Assembly: GCA_963681965.1 (NCBI GenBank)
Contig: OY820579.1
Coordinates: 320,001-384,000 of the forward strand
From: a bacterium
GTDB taxonomy: Bacteria > Electryoneota > JAOADG01
Length of the DNA: 64,000 bases
Reading direction: 5' to 3'
The notes beneath the pieces are model-generated. The model ran no database searches, had not been told where the DNA came from, and saw only the letters and a program-made list of their open reading frames with translations. A program made the position numbers and the translations under genes. Below are positions 1 through 10,040 of this stretch, piece after piece. Numbering within the stretch: position 1 is the stretch's first letter; each line of letters begins with the position of its first letter.

Positions 1-905
1 AACGGATTATCTTTCGCCAATGCCATCAATAGCGAATCTGAGCCGGGTGGCGGCGGCGAAAGGGTCAACTCCATCCAGTCGGTATCGTACCCCTCGGCAA
101 GATCGAATGAGGCATCGTCCAGCACTTGTGCCAATTTGTAATATGGGAATGCGTGTTGCTTTCCCGCAGGACCGGCATAATTGATCCACATCCGCAACTG
201 ACCGTATGTAGGAACAGACAGGTTACCAAATTGCGCCAATTCCGGCGAATAGCGAATTTGATCGGCGCGAATCGAATCGCCCCGATACATTTCTAAGGCT
301 TTCAATCCCAACGATAAATACAATTTTCCGTTCGCATCGATACCCAGAAGATAGTGATGGACGACTTTATCGATATCTTCCGGAACATTGACATTTGCCC
401 ATGGCGCACCGGTTTTTACGAAATTCGGATCCGGAGGCGATTCGACATACATCTCCTCAGCTAGATTTCGGTTTCGTTCGACCATCAACTCGCCAGCGAG
501 CAGGACATTTCCCGCGTGCTTGATTGCATCGGCAAACGCAGCATCACCCGCACTATCGGCGGGGGTACCGAACTGAATATCGAATACGATCAGTTTTGCA
601 CCAGCGGCATGTAAGTTGTTGACCAAATGCGCCCAGATCGATCGCGAATAAGGCCAACGCAGTCGGAGTGCCAGTTCCGATTCATCGTCGGCTTCGACGA
701 TTACAATCGGGGCTGATTGAGGTTTTGGTGGATTATATCGTTGTCGCCAGCGAAACTTGGTGTCGAGTAATTTGCGTTCGCCAATATCGTTGAGTGTCAG
801 CGCGGGCAGGATCGTACTAATATTGGAGAGCAATATTCCAATAAACAGAGCAAGAAAAACGATCCAGACCCCGGACCAGCGACCGAATATGGTAGTAATT
901 TTCAT
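1..905 (-). CDS. CHASE2-domain sensor protein, N-terminal part (output domain lies outside the window; often an adenylate/guanylate cyclase)
   Basis: Not in the ORF track because it runs off the edge. Manual translation from ATG 905 (RBS GGAGAG): MKITTIFGRWSGVWIVFLALFIG...IVIVEADDES...RWPYSRSIWAHLVNNLHAAGAKLIVFDIQF..., matching the CHASE2 WPxxR...AGAKxIxFDIxF pattern after an N-terminal TM segment. Confidence 0.8.
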   Translation of the reverse strand, partial: MKITTIFGRWSGVWIVFLALFIGILLSNISTILPALTLNDIGERKLLDTKFRWRQRYNPPKPQSAPIVIVEADDESELALRLRWPYSRSIWAHLVNNLHAAGAKLIVFDIQFGTPADSAGDAAFADAIKHAGNVLLAGELMVERNRNLAEEMYVESPPDPNFVKTGAPWANVNVPEDIDKVVHHYLLGIDANGKLYLSLGLKALEMYRGDSIRADQIRYSPELAQFGNLSVPTYGQLRMWINYAGPAGKQHAFPYYKLAQVLDDASFDLAEGYDTDWMELTLSPPPPGSDSLLMALAKDNP

Positions 906-925
906 GTGCTCTCCGTCGAACAAAC

Positions 926-949
926 GCGGGGCTTCCAACGAAACCCCGC
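926..949 (-). other. 10-bp stem/tetraloop hairpin just upstream of the CHASE2 gene RBS; near-identical copy at 39584-39607
   Basis: Minus strand GCGGGGTTTC-GTTG-GAAGCCCCGC. Confidence 0.7.
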
Positions 950-1042
950 GTGTGCGGATTAAAGCAACAATTAGCTTGAAGAATCGGAAAAGAATTCCGA
1001 AGTTACAATACTATCACCGAAAAAAGCGATCACTCACTCGGG

Positions 1043-3433
1043 TTAAAAAGTTTTTTCCAATCTCAACCATGCAAATGTCTCACCGACGGTACTGCCCTTG
1101 GTTGTGTATCCGTTGCTCGTCACGTCGGAATATTTGGTCGACAGGAAGTCCGCCTGCAACCGCGCCGACAATTGATACGGGAATAGATATCCACCACCAA
1201 GCGAGAAATTCGTCTTGCTATAGGGAGATAATCCGCTTGCTGTCTGAGATGTGAATGCAAGGAACGTAGACAGCTTGTTCCGAAGCCATGTCTTATCGCC
1301 GCGTAAACCGATCGAGCCAAATGTCGACGATTTTCCGGTGTATAGCGAACCGACCATAACCGGACTTTCGACTTTCATATTGGAGTAATCGATCGTCGTC
1401 GATAAATCGGTTTGCCACTTTGTCTTCCAGCTCAAGTTGAACATACTGGTCGACGAATTGAACGGGCTTCCGGCAGTACGCGAATATTGATCGGCACGCT
1501 TGAAATTGTTAATCGAGAAGGATGCACTATGATCGTAATTAGCCATCCGGAACGATTTAGCAATGAAAATCGACATATTTGTCAATTTCTCATTGACGCG
1601 ATTGTCGACCACAACGGCAGTATCGATATCGTTTTTCCGAGTTCCACCGCGATACGATAACGAAACGTCGGGGAGGTATGATTCTGGCGGATAGTAACTG
1701 ATATCGAAATTGGTAATTCCTTGCTTGACGGTACCGGTTACGGAGTTGTTGTTCAAATTGTTATGCGCACTTTCGTAACCAACAGTGACATACAATCGAT
1801 TCTGGAGAAGATGCATACGATCTCTAATCGAGATGCCTGCATCGTCTGGAATGATTGAAGAGGCGGCTAGTGAGTAAAACGCCGGACCGGTATTCCGGAA
1901 TTTGAATTGGAAATTGTTGTTGAAATAGTTCAACTGCAACCCGTAGGTGTACGCCAGATTGGTTTTCTTCGACGGATCGAGCGGAATCATGTTCGCGTTC
2001 AATACAAAATACTTTTCATACTTCTTCGGATCGAATGGCGCTTTGATATCCATCAACTTTTCCAAAGAGTCCTTGTTGACCGAACCTCCGCGAATGTCAC
2101 GATTATACAACGATCCGGCAAATTCGCCGTTGATTAGAATGCGACGACTGTCAAAGGCAAATTGAATATCGCTACCGATCACCAGATTTTCTTGCGGTGT
2201 AATGCCATTTTGGCTAGCAACCGTAGAGTCGAGACCAAAGCGATTATCGCGAACTTTAACCAGTGTCAATCCGAAATTCGAGCCGATTTTTGAACCGTAC
2301 CAATTACGAACCGAAGTCAATTCGCGAGCGTACGAGACATCGGCATCGTCGCGGTTATCGTCCACTTGCTTCGCGGTTTTACCATTTGCGAACTCAATAT
2401 GGAAAGGACCACCGTGTAATTCAGCCAAAAGACCGCGCACTCGAGTACCGGAAATTGTCAAAGGCGTATAATCGGGATTATTGTCGCCCAATCCGATTTT
2501 ATACCACTTACCACTGAACCAAAATTGATAACGGTTACGTGGTTGTTCGTAAGTTCGTTCTTCGTTGGTCAGGTAGAAGCGACCGCCAAAATTGGTGTTG
2601 CCATACCGTCCCGAGAAGTTCAATCCTTCGCGTTGCCACCAATGTTTATCGGTTCCGCCAGTGGCATTTCCGACGCGTTCGAGTCGAGTTTCCGACCAAC
2701 CGTTTCCTTCGAAAGTAAACGGGGTTCGGGCAGTCTCTAGATCGCCAGTTCGAACCGAATGAAACTTTTCTTCCAAACTTGCAATTGCCAAACCGGTTTT
2801 CGTGTAACCGCTCATTCGGATTTTATGAGCACCGGCAGTCAATCCCTTTGCGATATACGAAACGAGTTCCGGGCTCACATTGGCTTTACTTGTCACTGCG
2901 GCATCGTCGATTTCCAGCCGGGCAGTCGCAAGATCCAACTCACCACCAAGCACTGCGATCGAGACAATTACGTCTTCCGCGGCATCTTGTGGTTCGGTGG
3001 GATCGGGAGTGACCAGTTGAAAAATCACCGTTCCGGCAGGTGCAGATCCGGCAGAGCGAACCGTCACACTAAATGGCGATGACGGAGCGCCGGCTGAAGA
3101 TGGGGGTAACGTTTCCCGGGTTCCGTTTTTACTTTCCACAGCGATATAATATTCGATCCCTTTTTCAGTAACGTACGAACCCGGAATTTCACCAGAGAAC
3201 CCGTTTCCTGCTGGGAGAAGATCGCCTTCGTGATAACTTGCTTCGCCCGGTTTCCGATAAGCAACGATTGCTTTCGTGATATCGTTGGGAGAAGTGAGTG
3301 CTTTTACTTGAACAGATATCGATTGACCAGCAACGGCAGTAGCAATCGGGGTATGATCAATCGTTGTTCCGATCTGGGCAAATGCCAACGAGGTAAACAA
3401 AAGAAGTGTTACAATAGCAACAATGTGTTTCAT
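1043..3433 (-). CDS. Outer-membrane beta-barrel protein with N-terminal Ig-like periplasmic domains
   Basis: Signal peptide MKHIVAIVTLLLFTSLAFA (ATG 3433, RBS GAGGA); alternating amphipathic strands; C-terminal WLRLEKTF barrel signal. Confidence 0.7.
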   Translation of the reverse strand: MKHIVAIVTLLLFTSLAFAQIGTTIDHTPIATAVAGQSISVQVKALTSPNDITKAIVAYRKPGEASYHEGDLLPAGNGFSGEIPGSYVTEKGIEYYIAVESKNGTRETLPPSSAGAPSSPFSVTVRSAGSAPAGTVIFQLVTPDPTEPQDAAEDVIVSIAVLGGELDLATARLEIDDAAVTSKANVSPELVSYIAKGLTAGAHKIRMSGYTKTGLAIASLEEKFHSVRTGDLETARTPFTFEGNGWSETRLERVGNATGGTDKHWWQREGLNFSGRYGNTNFGGRFYLTNEERTYEQPRNRYQFWFSGKWYKIGLGDNNPDYTPLTISGTRVRGLLAELHGGPFHIEFANGKTAKQVDDNRDDADVSYARELTSVRNWYGSKIGSNFGLTLVKVRDNRFGLDSTVASQNGITPQENLVIGSDIQFAFDSRRILINGEFAGSLYNRDIRGGSVNKDSLEKLMDIKAPFDPKKYEKYFVLNANMIPLDPSKKTNLAYTYGLQLNYFNNNFQFKFRNTGPAFYSLAASSIIPDDAGISIRDRMHLLQNRLYVTVGYESAHNNLNNNSVTGTVKQGITNFDISYYPPESYLPDVSLSYRGGTRKNDIDTAVVVDNRVNEKLTNMSIFIAKSFRMANYDHSASFSINNFKRADQYSRTAGSPFNSSTSMFNLSWKTKWQTDLSTTIDYSNMKVESPVMVGSLYTGKSSTFGSIGLRGDKTWLRNKLSTFLAFTSQTASGLSPYSKTNFSLGGGYLFPYQLSARLQADFLSTKYSDVTSNGYTTKGSTVGETFAWLRLEKTF

Positions 3434-3483
3434 ATTGTCCTCACCCAAGTGTGATATAAATCACGGCGTTAGATAGCGACATA

Positions 3484-3515
3484 CGAAACGGCGGCTTTAT
3501 AAAGTCGCCGTTTCG
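3484..3515. terminator. Intergenic stem-loop (terminator or mRNA-stabilising hairpin) between the FecR gene and the barrel gene
   Basis: CGAAACGGCGGCTTT-AT-AAAGTCGCCGTTTCG inverted repeat. Confidence 0.5.
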
Positions 3516-3528
3516 CTGCGAGAGTGTG

Positions 3529-4206
3529 CTATTCTTCGTATTCGATCACTAAATACTTCATGTTACCCTCGGCATCCCGGTAGGGAACGCGGAGAGTATT
3601 CATTCGACCAGCACCTTCGGGGTTGGGAATCGACGAGGTCGTCGGATTCACCGACGCTCCGTTATTATCGGAAGTACCGGTGTTACCCTGGGTGACATCA
3701 ACAATTTGTCCGGAAAGTCGACTTAACAACTCGACAATACCAGAAAGACCAATAATTTCGGTTCGACCATTTTCATCGACGAGGGTCCACCACATTGTTC
3801 CCTTTACCGATGCGACGGATGTCGGAGTCACAACTTTCAAATGCGATCCTTCTTTCGTCACATGGGTCCAGATCTTACCGACGTCCATATTGACCGTCTG
3901 CTCGACAGCGGTACCAGTTCGATTCGCCGCGATCGTCATTAGCGTATTTTCGCGAATTTTAATCTGGGTTTTATCGTCAACGAAAATCAAGAAACAGTAC
4001 CCATCGGCACCAGTCTTAATCTTATCGCCGTCGCTAAGATGAGTCGACGCAGTCAGCGGAACAGCGGTTTTCGAACCGCCTTTAAAGTACTCGACTTTGC
4101 CTTTGACTTTGTACGTGATCGCCACGTTTTGCGCGGGAGCTGCCAAGGAAGAGACGATCCACAAAAGTACTAATATTGTTGAAATAATGATTCCAAATCG
4201 TTTCAT
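3529..4206 (-). CDS. Exported FecR-domain protein
   Basis: Signal peptide; motifs LSDGDKIKTGADG, FVDDKTQIKIRENT and VVTPTSVASVKGT typical of FecR domains. Confidence 0.8.
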   Translation of the reverse strand: MKRFGIIISTILVLLWIVSSLAAPAQNVAITYKVKGKVEYFKGGSKTAVPLTASTHLSDGDKIKTGADGYCFLIFVDDKTQIKIRENTLMTIAANRTGTAVEQTVNMDVGKIWTHVTKEGSHLKVVTPTSVASVKGTMWWTLVDENGRTEIIGLSGIVELLSRLSGQIVDVTQGNTGTSDNNGASVNPTTSSIPNPEGAGRMNTLRVPYRDAEGNMKYLVIEYEE

Positions 4207-4227
4207 TTTACTCTCCTAATAGCTCCG

Positions 4228-5277
4228 TTAACGGGATGACACATTACGAATATTGTAAGTACCGTTCGAGAAGCTCCCAATCATCGCCATCAATTGTTGA
4301 ACGGTTATTGGTTGGTCGTTCAGATAAATCTCGCCGGTAAGGTTACCGTTTTGGATTTGATCCAATAACCGCGCACCGATCGAACCGGATAAGATTTGAT
4401 TAAGCGCCGCCATCAATTGCATTGATTCGGCGGTAACTACGGGTGCAACACGGAAAACATTGATTTCCGATCCAACTTTTTCGTTACCGTGCGAGGTTTC
4501 AATGGACGTAACCACTTGCCAAGCATAATAATTCCCCGGACGTAATGCGATGACTCCGCTAGAGGGATATTGGAAACTCTTGCTGGTAACCGAAGCCGCA
4601 CAAACTTCGCGATTTTCGAGTGCAGAAGCGGGATCTTCACCGGGTCGGATTTCGGCAATAGTGATATTAAAAGCGCTCTGAGTTGAATTCCAGACAAAAA
4701 ATGGTTTATCGGTTGGAACAGGATTGTTACCCTGTGGATCGTTGGAAGGATAACTCAGGGAAACGTAACCCATTCCCTTCACTTGAAATTGAATGGAAGG
4801 AGCCGGAAGCGAATTATGACCAACCCCATTATCCCAAGTTACCGACATATCGTAGAAGTAAGTGTTGATTGGAACCATGCCAGTACTTAACATTTGATTC
4901 AAAACACCACTTGATAAGTCCGGATTCTTTTTCCAATGACCTTTAGAAGAATTCGCACTCAAATTTAAGTTAGTAAATTCTTGTCGACTTGGTGTAGGAT
5001 CAACATCTAACCAGCCACTAGCGAGAGTGTCACTAACGTTTCGCAACGAAACATTGAGTTTGATATTGCGATCGGTTGAAGCGATATTGTCGAGGATGAC
5101 TCGAAATAAAACTTCTCCCGCACCACTTCGCATCAAATCCAAGTCTGACACATATATAATTTGTGAACCAGTCAATCTACTGGATAGAGAAGCGTTAATC
5201 GTTATTGCCTGCGCGATTCCAGAAATCGAAATCAACAAGCATGTAATTAATAAAAATTTCCAAGATCTTCGTTTCAT
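4228..5277 (-). CDS. Secreted hypothetical protein with an Fn3/TANFOR-like C-terminal segment
   Basis: Signal peptide ending AQA; PFFVWN...FQYP...LRPGNYYAWQV segment; RBS GGAGG. Confidence 0.5.
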   Translation of the reverse strand: MKRRSWKFLLITCLLISISGIAQAITINASLSSRLTGSQIIYVSDLDLMRSGAGEVLFRVILDNIASTDRNIKLNVSLRNVSDTLASGWLDVDPTPSRQEFTNLNLSANSSKGHWKKNPDLSSGVLNQMLSTGMVPINTYFYDMSVTWDNGVGHNSLPAPSIQFQVKGMGYVSLSYPSNDPQGNNPVPTDKPFFVWNSTQSAFNITIAEIRPGEDPASALENREVCAASVTSKSFQYPSSGVIALRPGNYYAWQVVTSIETSHGNEKVGSEINVFRVAPVVTAESMQLMAALNQILSGSIGARLLDQIQNGNLTGEIYLNDQPITVQQLMAMIGSFSNGTYNIRNVSSR

Positions 5278-5574
5278 ATATATACCCTCCCTTCGCGAGG
5301 AATTGACACCGGAATTCAGAATACTCTAAGATACGCCGGTTACACTGCACCCGGTGTTGTTGAAGATCACCAATACAAAATGATAACTGTCACTGATTTC
5401 TTTGTCCGGTTGAAAGAAGAACCAACACGGCATACTCTGCATCTGAATGAAGATAGACCGACTCATGCTCAAAAACAAGCATTTTTCGAATGAAGTAACT
5501 TTTCTTGGGAATTAAGTTAAAAAAACTGAATTGTTGCCGGTTTTCCACGACTACTATATATTGAATTCGGGATT

Positions 5575-6648
5575 ATGTTGAAACCTACACTTTCACGGGG
5601 CGCCCTTTACGCAATTATCGCTGCCGCTCTATTCGGCAGCAGTACTCCATTTGCCAAACAGTTTCTGCACAATATCGCCTCTCAATGGCTAGCCGGGTTG
5701 CTATATCTCGGAGCAGGAATTGGATTAGCTCTTCAGGTTATTCTATCGTCAATACTTCATCGACCCACCGATCGGCAGGAAGCTCCACTCCGATTGAATG
5801 ATCTTCCCCGACTATTAGTTGCAATTATCTTCGGGGGAATCGCCGGTCCGTGGTTACTCATGATTGGTTTGACCACAACACCGGCTGCCAATGCGTCACT
5901 GTTACTGAATCTTGAAGCAGTGCTTACGGCACTCATCGCTTGGATCATCTTCCGCGAAAATTGGGATCGTCGCATTGTTATCGGAATGCTTGCAATAACG
6001 ATTGGGTGTATCGTGTTGACTTGGTCGGGATCCTTTCAGTGGCAGAGTTTAACGGGATCACTATGTGTCTTACTGGCGTGTGCTTGCTGGGCGATCGACA
6101 ACAATTTGACCCGAGCGATTTCGGCAGTCGACCCAAAACGTATTACGATGATAAAAGGAATCATTGCTGGTTCCGTAAATATTGGAATTGCGGTCGTCCG
6201 CGGTCTTCCCGTTCCCGACTTCAAAGATGTAATACTCGTGGGAATTGTCGGTTGGGGCGGTTACGGAATAAGTCTAGTTCTCTTTGTATTAGCGCTTCGG
6301 AATATCGGAACTGCCCGAACCGGAGCTTTTTTCTCGATCGCACCCTTCGTAGGAGTAGCAGTCGCGCTCTTATTCGATCCCGGGGAATGGCATATTCGAC
6401 TCATCCCGGCAACAATTCTGATGATTGTCGGGATCTGGTTACATCTTACTGAGAAGCACCAGCATCTCCACACGCATACCGAACTAGTGCACGAACACAG
6501 TCATTCCCACGATGAACATCATGCTCACCATCCGAGTGAAGTATTGGTAACGTCGCCACATACTCATAAGCATCATCACTCCGCAATTGAACATTCCCAT
6601 CTTCATTATCCCGATCTACACCATCGTCACGATCATACTGCAGAATAA
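5575..6648 (+). CDS. DMT/EamA-family transporter with His-rich C-terminal tail
   Basis: About 10 TM helices in two EamA repeats (ASLLLNLE, WAIDNNLTR); tail HQHLHTH...HYPDLHHRHDH. Confidence 0.85.
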   Translation: MLKPTLSRGALYAIIAAALFGSSTPFAKQFLHNIASQWLAGLLYLGAGIGLALQVILSSILHRPTDRQEAPLRLNDLPRLLVAIIFGGIAGPWLLMIGLTTTPAANASLLLNLEAVLTALIAWIIFRENWDRRIVIGMLAITIGCIVLTWSGSFQWQSLTGSLCVLLACACWAIDNNLTRAISAVDPKRITMIKGIIAGSVNIGIAVVRGLPVPDFKDVILVGIVGWGGYGISLVLFVLALRNIGTARTGAFFSIAPFVGVAVALLFDPGEWHIRLIPATILMIVGIWLHLTEKHQHLHTHTELVHEHSHSHDEHHAHHPSEVLVTSPHTHKHHHSAIEHSHLHYPDLHHRHDHTAE

Positions 6649-6652
6649 GACC

Positions 6653-6679
6653 AAAAAAAGGACGCAGCTGCCTGCGTCC
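6653..6679 (-). terminator. Rho-independent terminator of ccsA
   Basis: GGACGCAG/CTGCGTCC stem with an A7 run on + (U tract on -). Confidence 0.65.
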
Positions 6680-6706
6680 CGGAATAATTTAATTTTGTGT
6701 GAGTCG

Positions 6707-8347
6707 TTACTTCGCCATTTCCAGTGCCAGTCGTTTTCGCTTGATCATCCAGAAACCGACGAGGAATACCGCTTCCAGAATCCCGTAAATCCAGACCACA
6801 GGGGGCATCGGTTCGGGATTGCCACCGCTACTGCTAGCATAACTATGAAGCCCGACAAGGAAGAAATTCACACCGTAATAGGTCATCAGAACTACCGGGA
6901 AACCGACGATAGAAAGCACCGCTGTACCGGTTCGCTTCCACCAATTCGAATAGCGACCGTGTGCCACAGCGAGATAATAAAACCAGGTAATCAGCGCCCA
7001 AGTCTCTTTCGGGTCCCAACCCCAATATCGTCCCCAGCTTTCGTTTGCCCACATCGCTCCGAGAATAATGCCGGTCACCAGAAATAGCATTGCGACCTGA
7101 ACAACCCGATACAGCGATTTATCCAGTTGTTGTAGTTGAGCGGAATCTTTCTTGCCCCACAGTTCATATCCCAAAACCACATGACCAATTCCCATCGCCA
7201 GCGCGCAAGCACTGTATCCGAGCATCATGATCATGACATGGTACGTCAACCAGTAGGATTTTAATACCGGAGCGAGCGGAGTCACGAACGGATCAAATGG
7301 ACTGGCGTCATTGATAATTAAAGCGATAACACCTAAAACCGCCGAAGCAGCCAGGAACCATTTCACTTTAGTAATCCATTCAAACATAAGCGCGAAGAAC
7401 ATGATGCCGAATGCCAGCATCTGCATCGATTCGTACATATTCGACCAAGGCGCTCGTCCGGAAATGTAGGCGCGTAACAGCAATGCAATCAGGTGTGCGG
7501 CAAAGCCTGCAACCCATAGCGCAACAGCAACCCAACGGAGCTTCGGTTTTTCTACAATTGCGATACCGATAAAAGCTAGGAAGGCTAGAAGATATAAAAT
7601 CCATGCAATCATCGCCGGATGGTATTTGGAGTAGCTCGATTCGACTGATAAATGAGTATCGGAAACCATGTGCGAACCAGCCATTTGCTTCGTCGTGTGG
7701 GCAAAGTCTTCGGCAGCCATACTGAATGCGTTTTGATCGCTATTCTTGTATGCATCGAGAATCGTAACCCATTTCTGGACCAATGGCGAAACTTCAGCTT
7801 CGTGATTGTGTCCATCATGATTATGGCTTGCCAGTTCGGCAGGAGACGACCATGGGGCATTTGGATCGCTGGTCGGCACGATCGGCAGTGCCGAGTTCAT
7901 GGCATCATTCAGTAACATCGTTCGGTGAAAAAGCGCACCGGCTTCTTTATCGAGTTTGGTCTGCTGATTATCCGGTTTGGTGCGCAACTCATCGATGTAA
8001 GCATCCAAAGTATTGCTTTTTCGAATCGTTTCCAGCGATATCCGACGTTTACTGGCATCATAACCAAGTTTTTGCCGGAGCGGTAAATAATCGATTAAAA
8101 TCACTTCGGCTTTTTGTGCTTGGTCGGGATTTACCATCCAATTGAACATGGTATTTAACGGTGAAAGACCGTCGATCGACGATTTACCAGAGATATTATG
8201 AATCGTTTCCCGGGCGTAGGAATCGAGTGGTTTGACGCGTCCTCCCTCCAACACTGGAATGAGTCTAGCCGCATCGACATTGATTGCCGCGAACGCGATC
8301 GAACCGGAAAAGAGCGCGAGAGCTAGGATGAGCTTTATTGTTTTCAT
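6707..8347 (-). CDS. ccsA: Cytochrome c biogenesis system II heme lyase CcsA/ResC with N-terminal periplasmic domain
   Basis: WWD motif GAMWANESWGRYWGWDPKETW; RAPWSNMYES; GLHSYA; N-terminal GGRVKPLDSYAR. Confidence 0.9.
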   Translation of the reverse strand: MKTIKLILALALFSGSIAFAAINVDAARLIPVLEGGRVKPLDSYARETIHNISGKSSIDGLSPLNTMFNWMVNPDQAQKAEVILIDYLPLRQKLGYDASKRRISLETIRKSNTLDAYIDELRTKPDNQQTKLDKEAGALFHRTMLLNDAMNSALPIVPTSDPNAPWSSPAELASHNHDGHNHEAEVSPLVQKWVTILDAYKNSDQNAFSMAAEDFAHTTKQMAGSHMVSDTHLSVESSYSKYHPAMIAWILYLLAFLAFIGIAIVEKPKLRWVAVALWVAGFAAHLIALLLRAYISGRAPWSNMYESMQMLAFGIMFFALMFEWITKVKWFLAASAVLGVIALIINDASPFDPFVTPLAPVLKSYWLTYHVMIMMLGYSACALAMGIGHVVLGYELWGKKDSAQLQQLDKSLYRVVQVAMLFLVTGIILGAMWANESWGRYWGWDPKETWALITWFYYLAVAHGRYSNWWKRTGTAVLSIVGFPVVLMTYYGVNFFLVGLHSYASSSGGNPEPMPPVVWIYGILEAVFLVGFWMIKRKRLALEMAK

Positions 8348-8408
8348 TCGAGTTAGTTCCCCCAAAATCGATATCGAACTAGACTAGTTTTGTGTCCATT
8401 TCAACCGT

Positions 8409-9791
8409 TTATTTACCCTCACTTCGTTTGACAGGAGGTGGAAATTTTTTCTTCAAGTAGGGTTTGAAAAAGAAAATACCGATCAATCCCAAAATCAAAG
8501 CGATACACCCTATATATACGGTTTCAGTTCCGGGATCATAAGCGACCGCTAAAATCGAATAGGTAGGTGTCCCTTCGATAAAGCTGGACTGGAAGAATTT
8601 CCATCCCCGATGCACTAAGGGGTGGTTCATTGAAATATGAAAAGGTGTTTTTCCCTGAGCTGGGTCTTGTACGATTACATCGCTGGCATAACTAGCCGGC
8701 TGGTTTGTACCGGGATAAAACTCTCGTTTAAATTTCTCGAGTTGTACCGAAAACCCCAAGTCATGCTGACGAGCAGTCATACGAAACAGGGCACCACTAT
8801 TGCCGGGTTGTACCTGTGAGCCATAACCAACCCAAATCGGTCCGGATGACTTTCCGTCCGGGGTGATTACACTGAATTGCAAGGCAGGATTACCCTCACG
8901 CCCGTTTGCCGGTTCGTAGAAATCCCGGATTACAACCCGATCCTTGTGATCGGTCACTGTCAGCGAGATAGATCCGACCGTAAATTTTTGACCCACCATA
9001 ACCGGTTTGATCGATCCATCGAATTTTAACCGGTAATGAAGGGCACTTGGCGAAGCAATCAGCAAGATATCGGCGGGATTATTTGTGAACTGAGTAACAT
9101 CGAGCGAATCGGTAGCGATGGATATTAATCTCAAAGTACCGATCATCGGTACTTGCCATTCGGAACTCTCTTGATTCCCACTCCAGAGCCATTGGTCGAC
9201 AGATGCCATTGGGGCTTCAAGTTTCACATTCAATGCTGGTAATCCATTCGTATCGATGTCAAACTTGGAATGACCGATTGCTGCCGGTAGAAAACGTAGT
9301 AATTGAAGTTTCCCGCGCCCTTTCGGTAGATCGGTTTCGATCGGCGACATCCCTTCCCGACGCGGCAACGATTCCAATTGCAAGGGGAGAATTCCGGAAA
9401 CACCATCGGCATACAATACTTCGAGTTGGTGTGAATTGATTTCGATTTGATTCGATGTTTGCCCTTCGGCAATCGTCATCGAACCTTCAATACCCCAATT
9501 CCGACTGATAACCGCACCGGTCAGAATGATCAAAATTCCGATATGCGTCATAATCCAGCCAGCTTGATGCGGACGGTACGGGTAGCGGTTCAATGTACAG
9601 GAAACTAAGTTGAGCGCAAGCAGTCCGAGTAAAATGTCGAACCACATACTATGATAGACATCGGCTTGTGCGAGGGGCGTGCCAACCATCGATTCGTAGG
9701 TTGTTCCATACACCATTGCGATGGCGATTAAAACCAATAAAACAACCGTTAGACCGATTGACGCAAGTGGGCGCAGAAACTTCGGTAGCAC
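8409..9791 (-). CDS. Cytochrome c biogenesis protein ResB/CcsB-like
   Basis: N-terminal TMs with VYHSMWF and THIGILIIL; C-terminal ISMNHPLVHRGWKFFQSSF...DPG; GTG start after GGAGG; directly upstream of ccsA. Confidence 0.8.
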   Translation of the reverse strand: MLPKFLRPLASIGLTVVLLVLIAIAMVYGTTYESMVGTPLAQADVYHSMWFDILLGLLALNLVSCTLNRYPYRPHQAGWIMTHIGILIILTGAVISRNWGIEGSMTIAEGQTSNQIEINSHQLEVLYADGVSGILPLQLESLPRREGMSPIETDLPKGRGKLQLLRFLPAAIGHSKFDIDTNGLPALNVKLEAPMASVDQWLWSGNQESSEWQVPMIGTLRLISIATDSLDVTQFTNNPADILLIASPSALHYRLKFDGSIKPVMVGQKFTVGSISLTVTDHKDRVVIRDFYEPANGREGNPALQFSVITPDGKSSGPIWVGYGSQVQPGNSGALFRMTARQHDLGFSVQLEKFKREFYPGTNQPASYASDVIVQDPAQGKTPFHISMNHPLVHRGWKFFQSSFIEGTPTYSILAVAYDPGTETVYIGCIALILGLIGIFFFKPYLKKKFPPPVKRSEGK

Positions 9792-10040
9792 AATACCTCC
9801 AGTTGTGGCAGGTGGTAAGATACCGAATAGTCGAGTTGGTATAACCATCTCGAATCGCTTTTCGCGTATCCTGACCAGACCCCCGTACTAATCAAGATTA
9901 AAAAATCATTGCCAATATACTTGGATAGTGGTACGTCGGCAAGAGAAAAAAGTAACATGCAAATGAGTGTGGATATTGATTTTATACATATTAAGTGGGA
10001 AAATTGTTCCAAAGAGGTCGTTTTGGGTCGAATTGAATAC

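Noticed and set aside
757-1254. 165-aa plus-strand ORF and similar short ORFs antisense to called genes, including those opposite polA
   Set aside because: They overlap well-supported genes on the other strand and have no recognisable motifs
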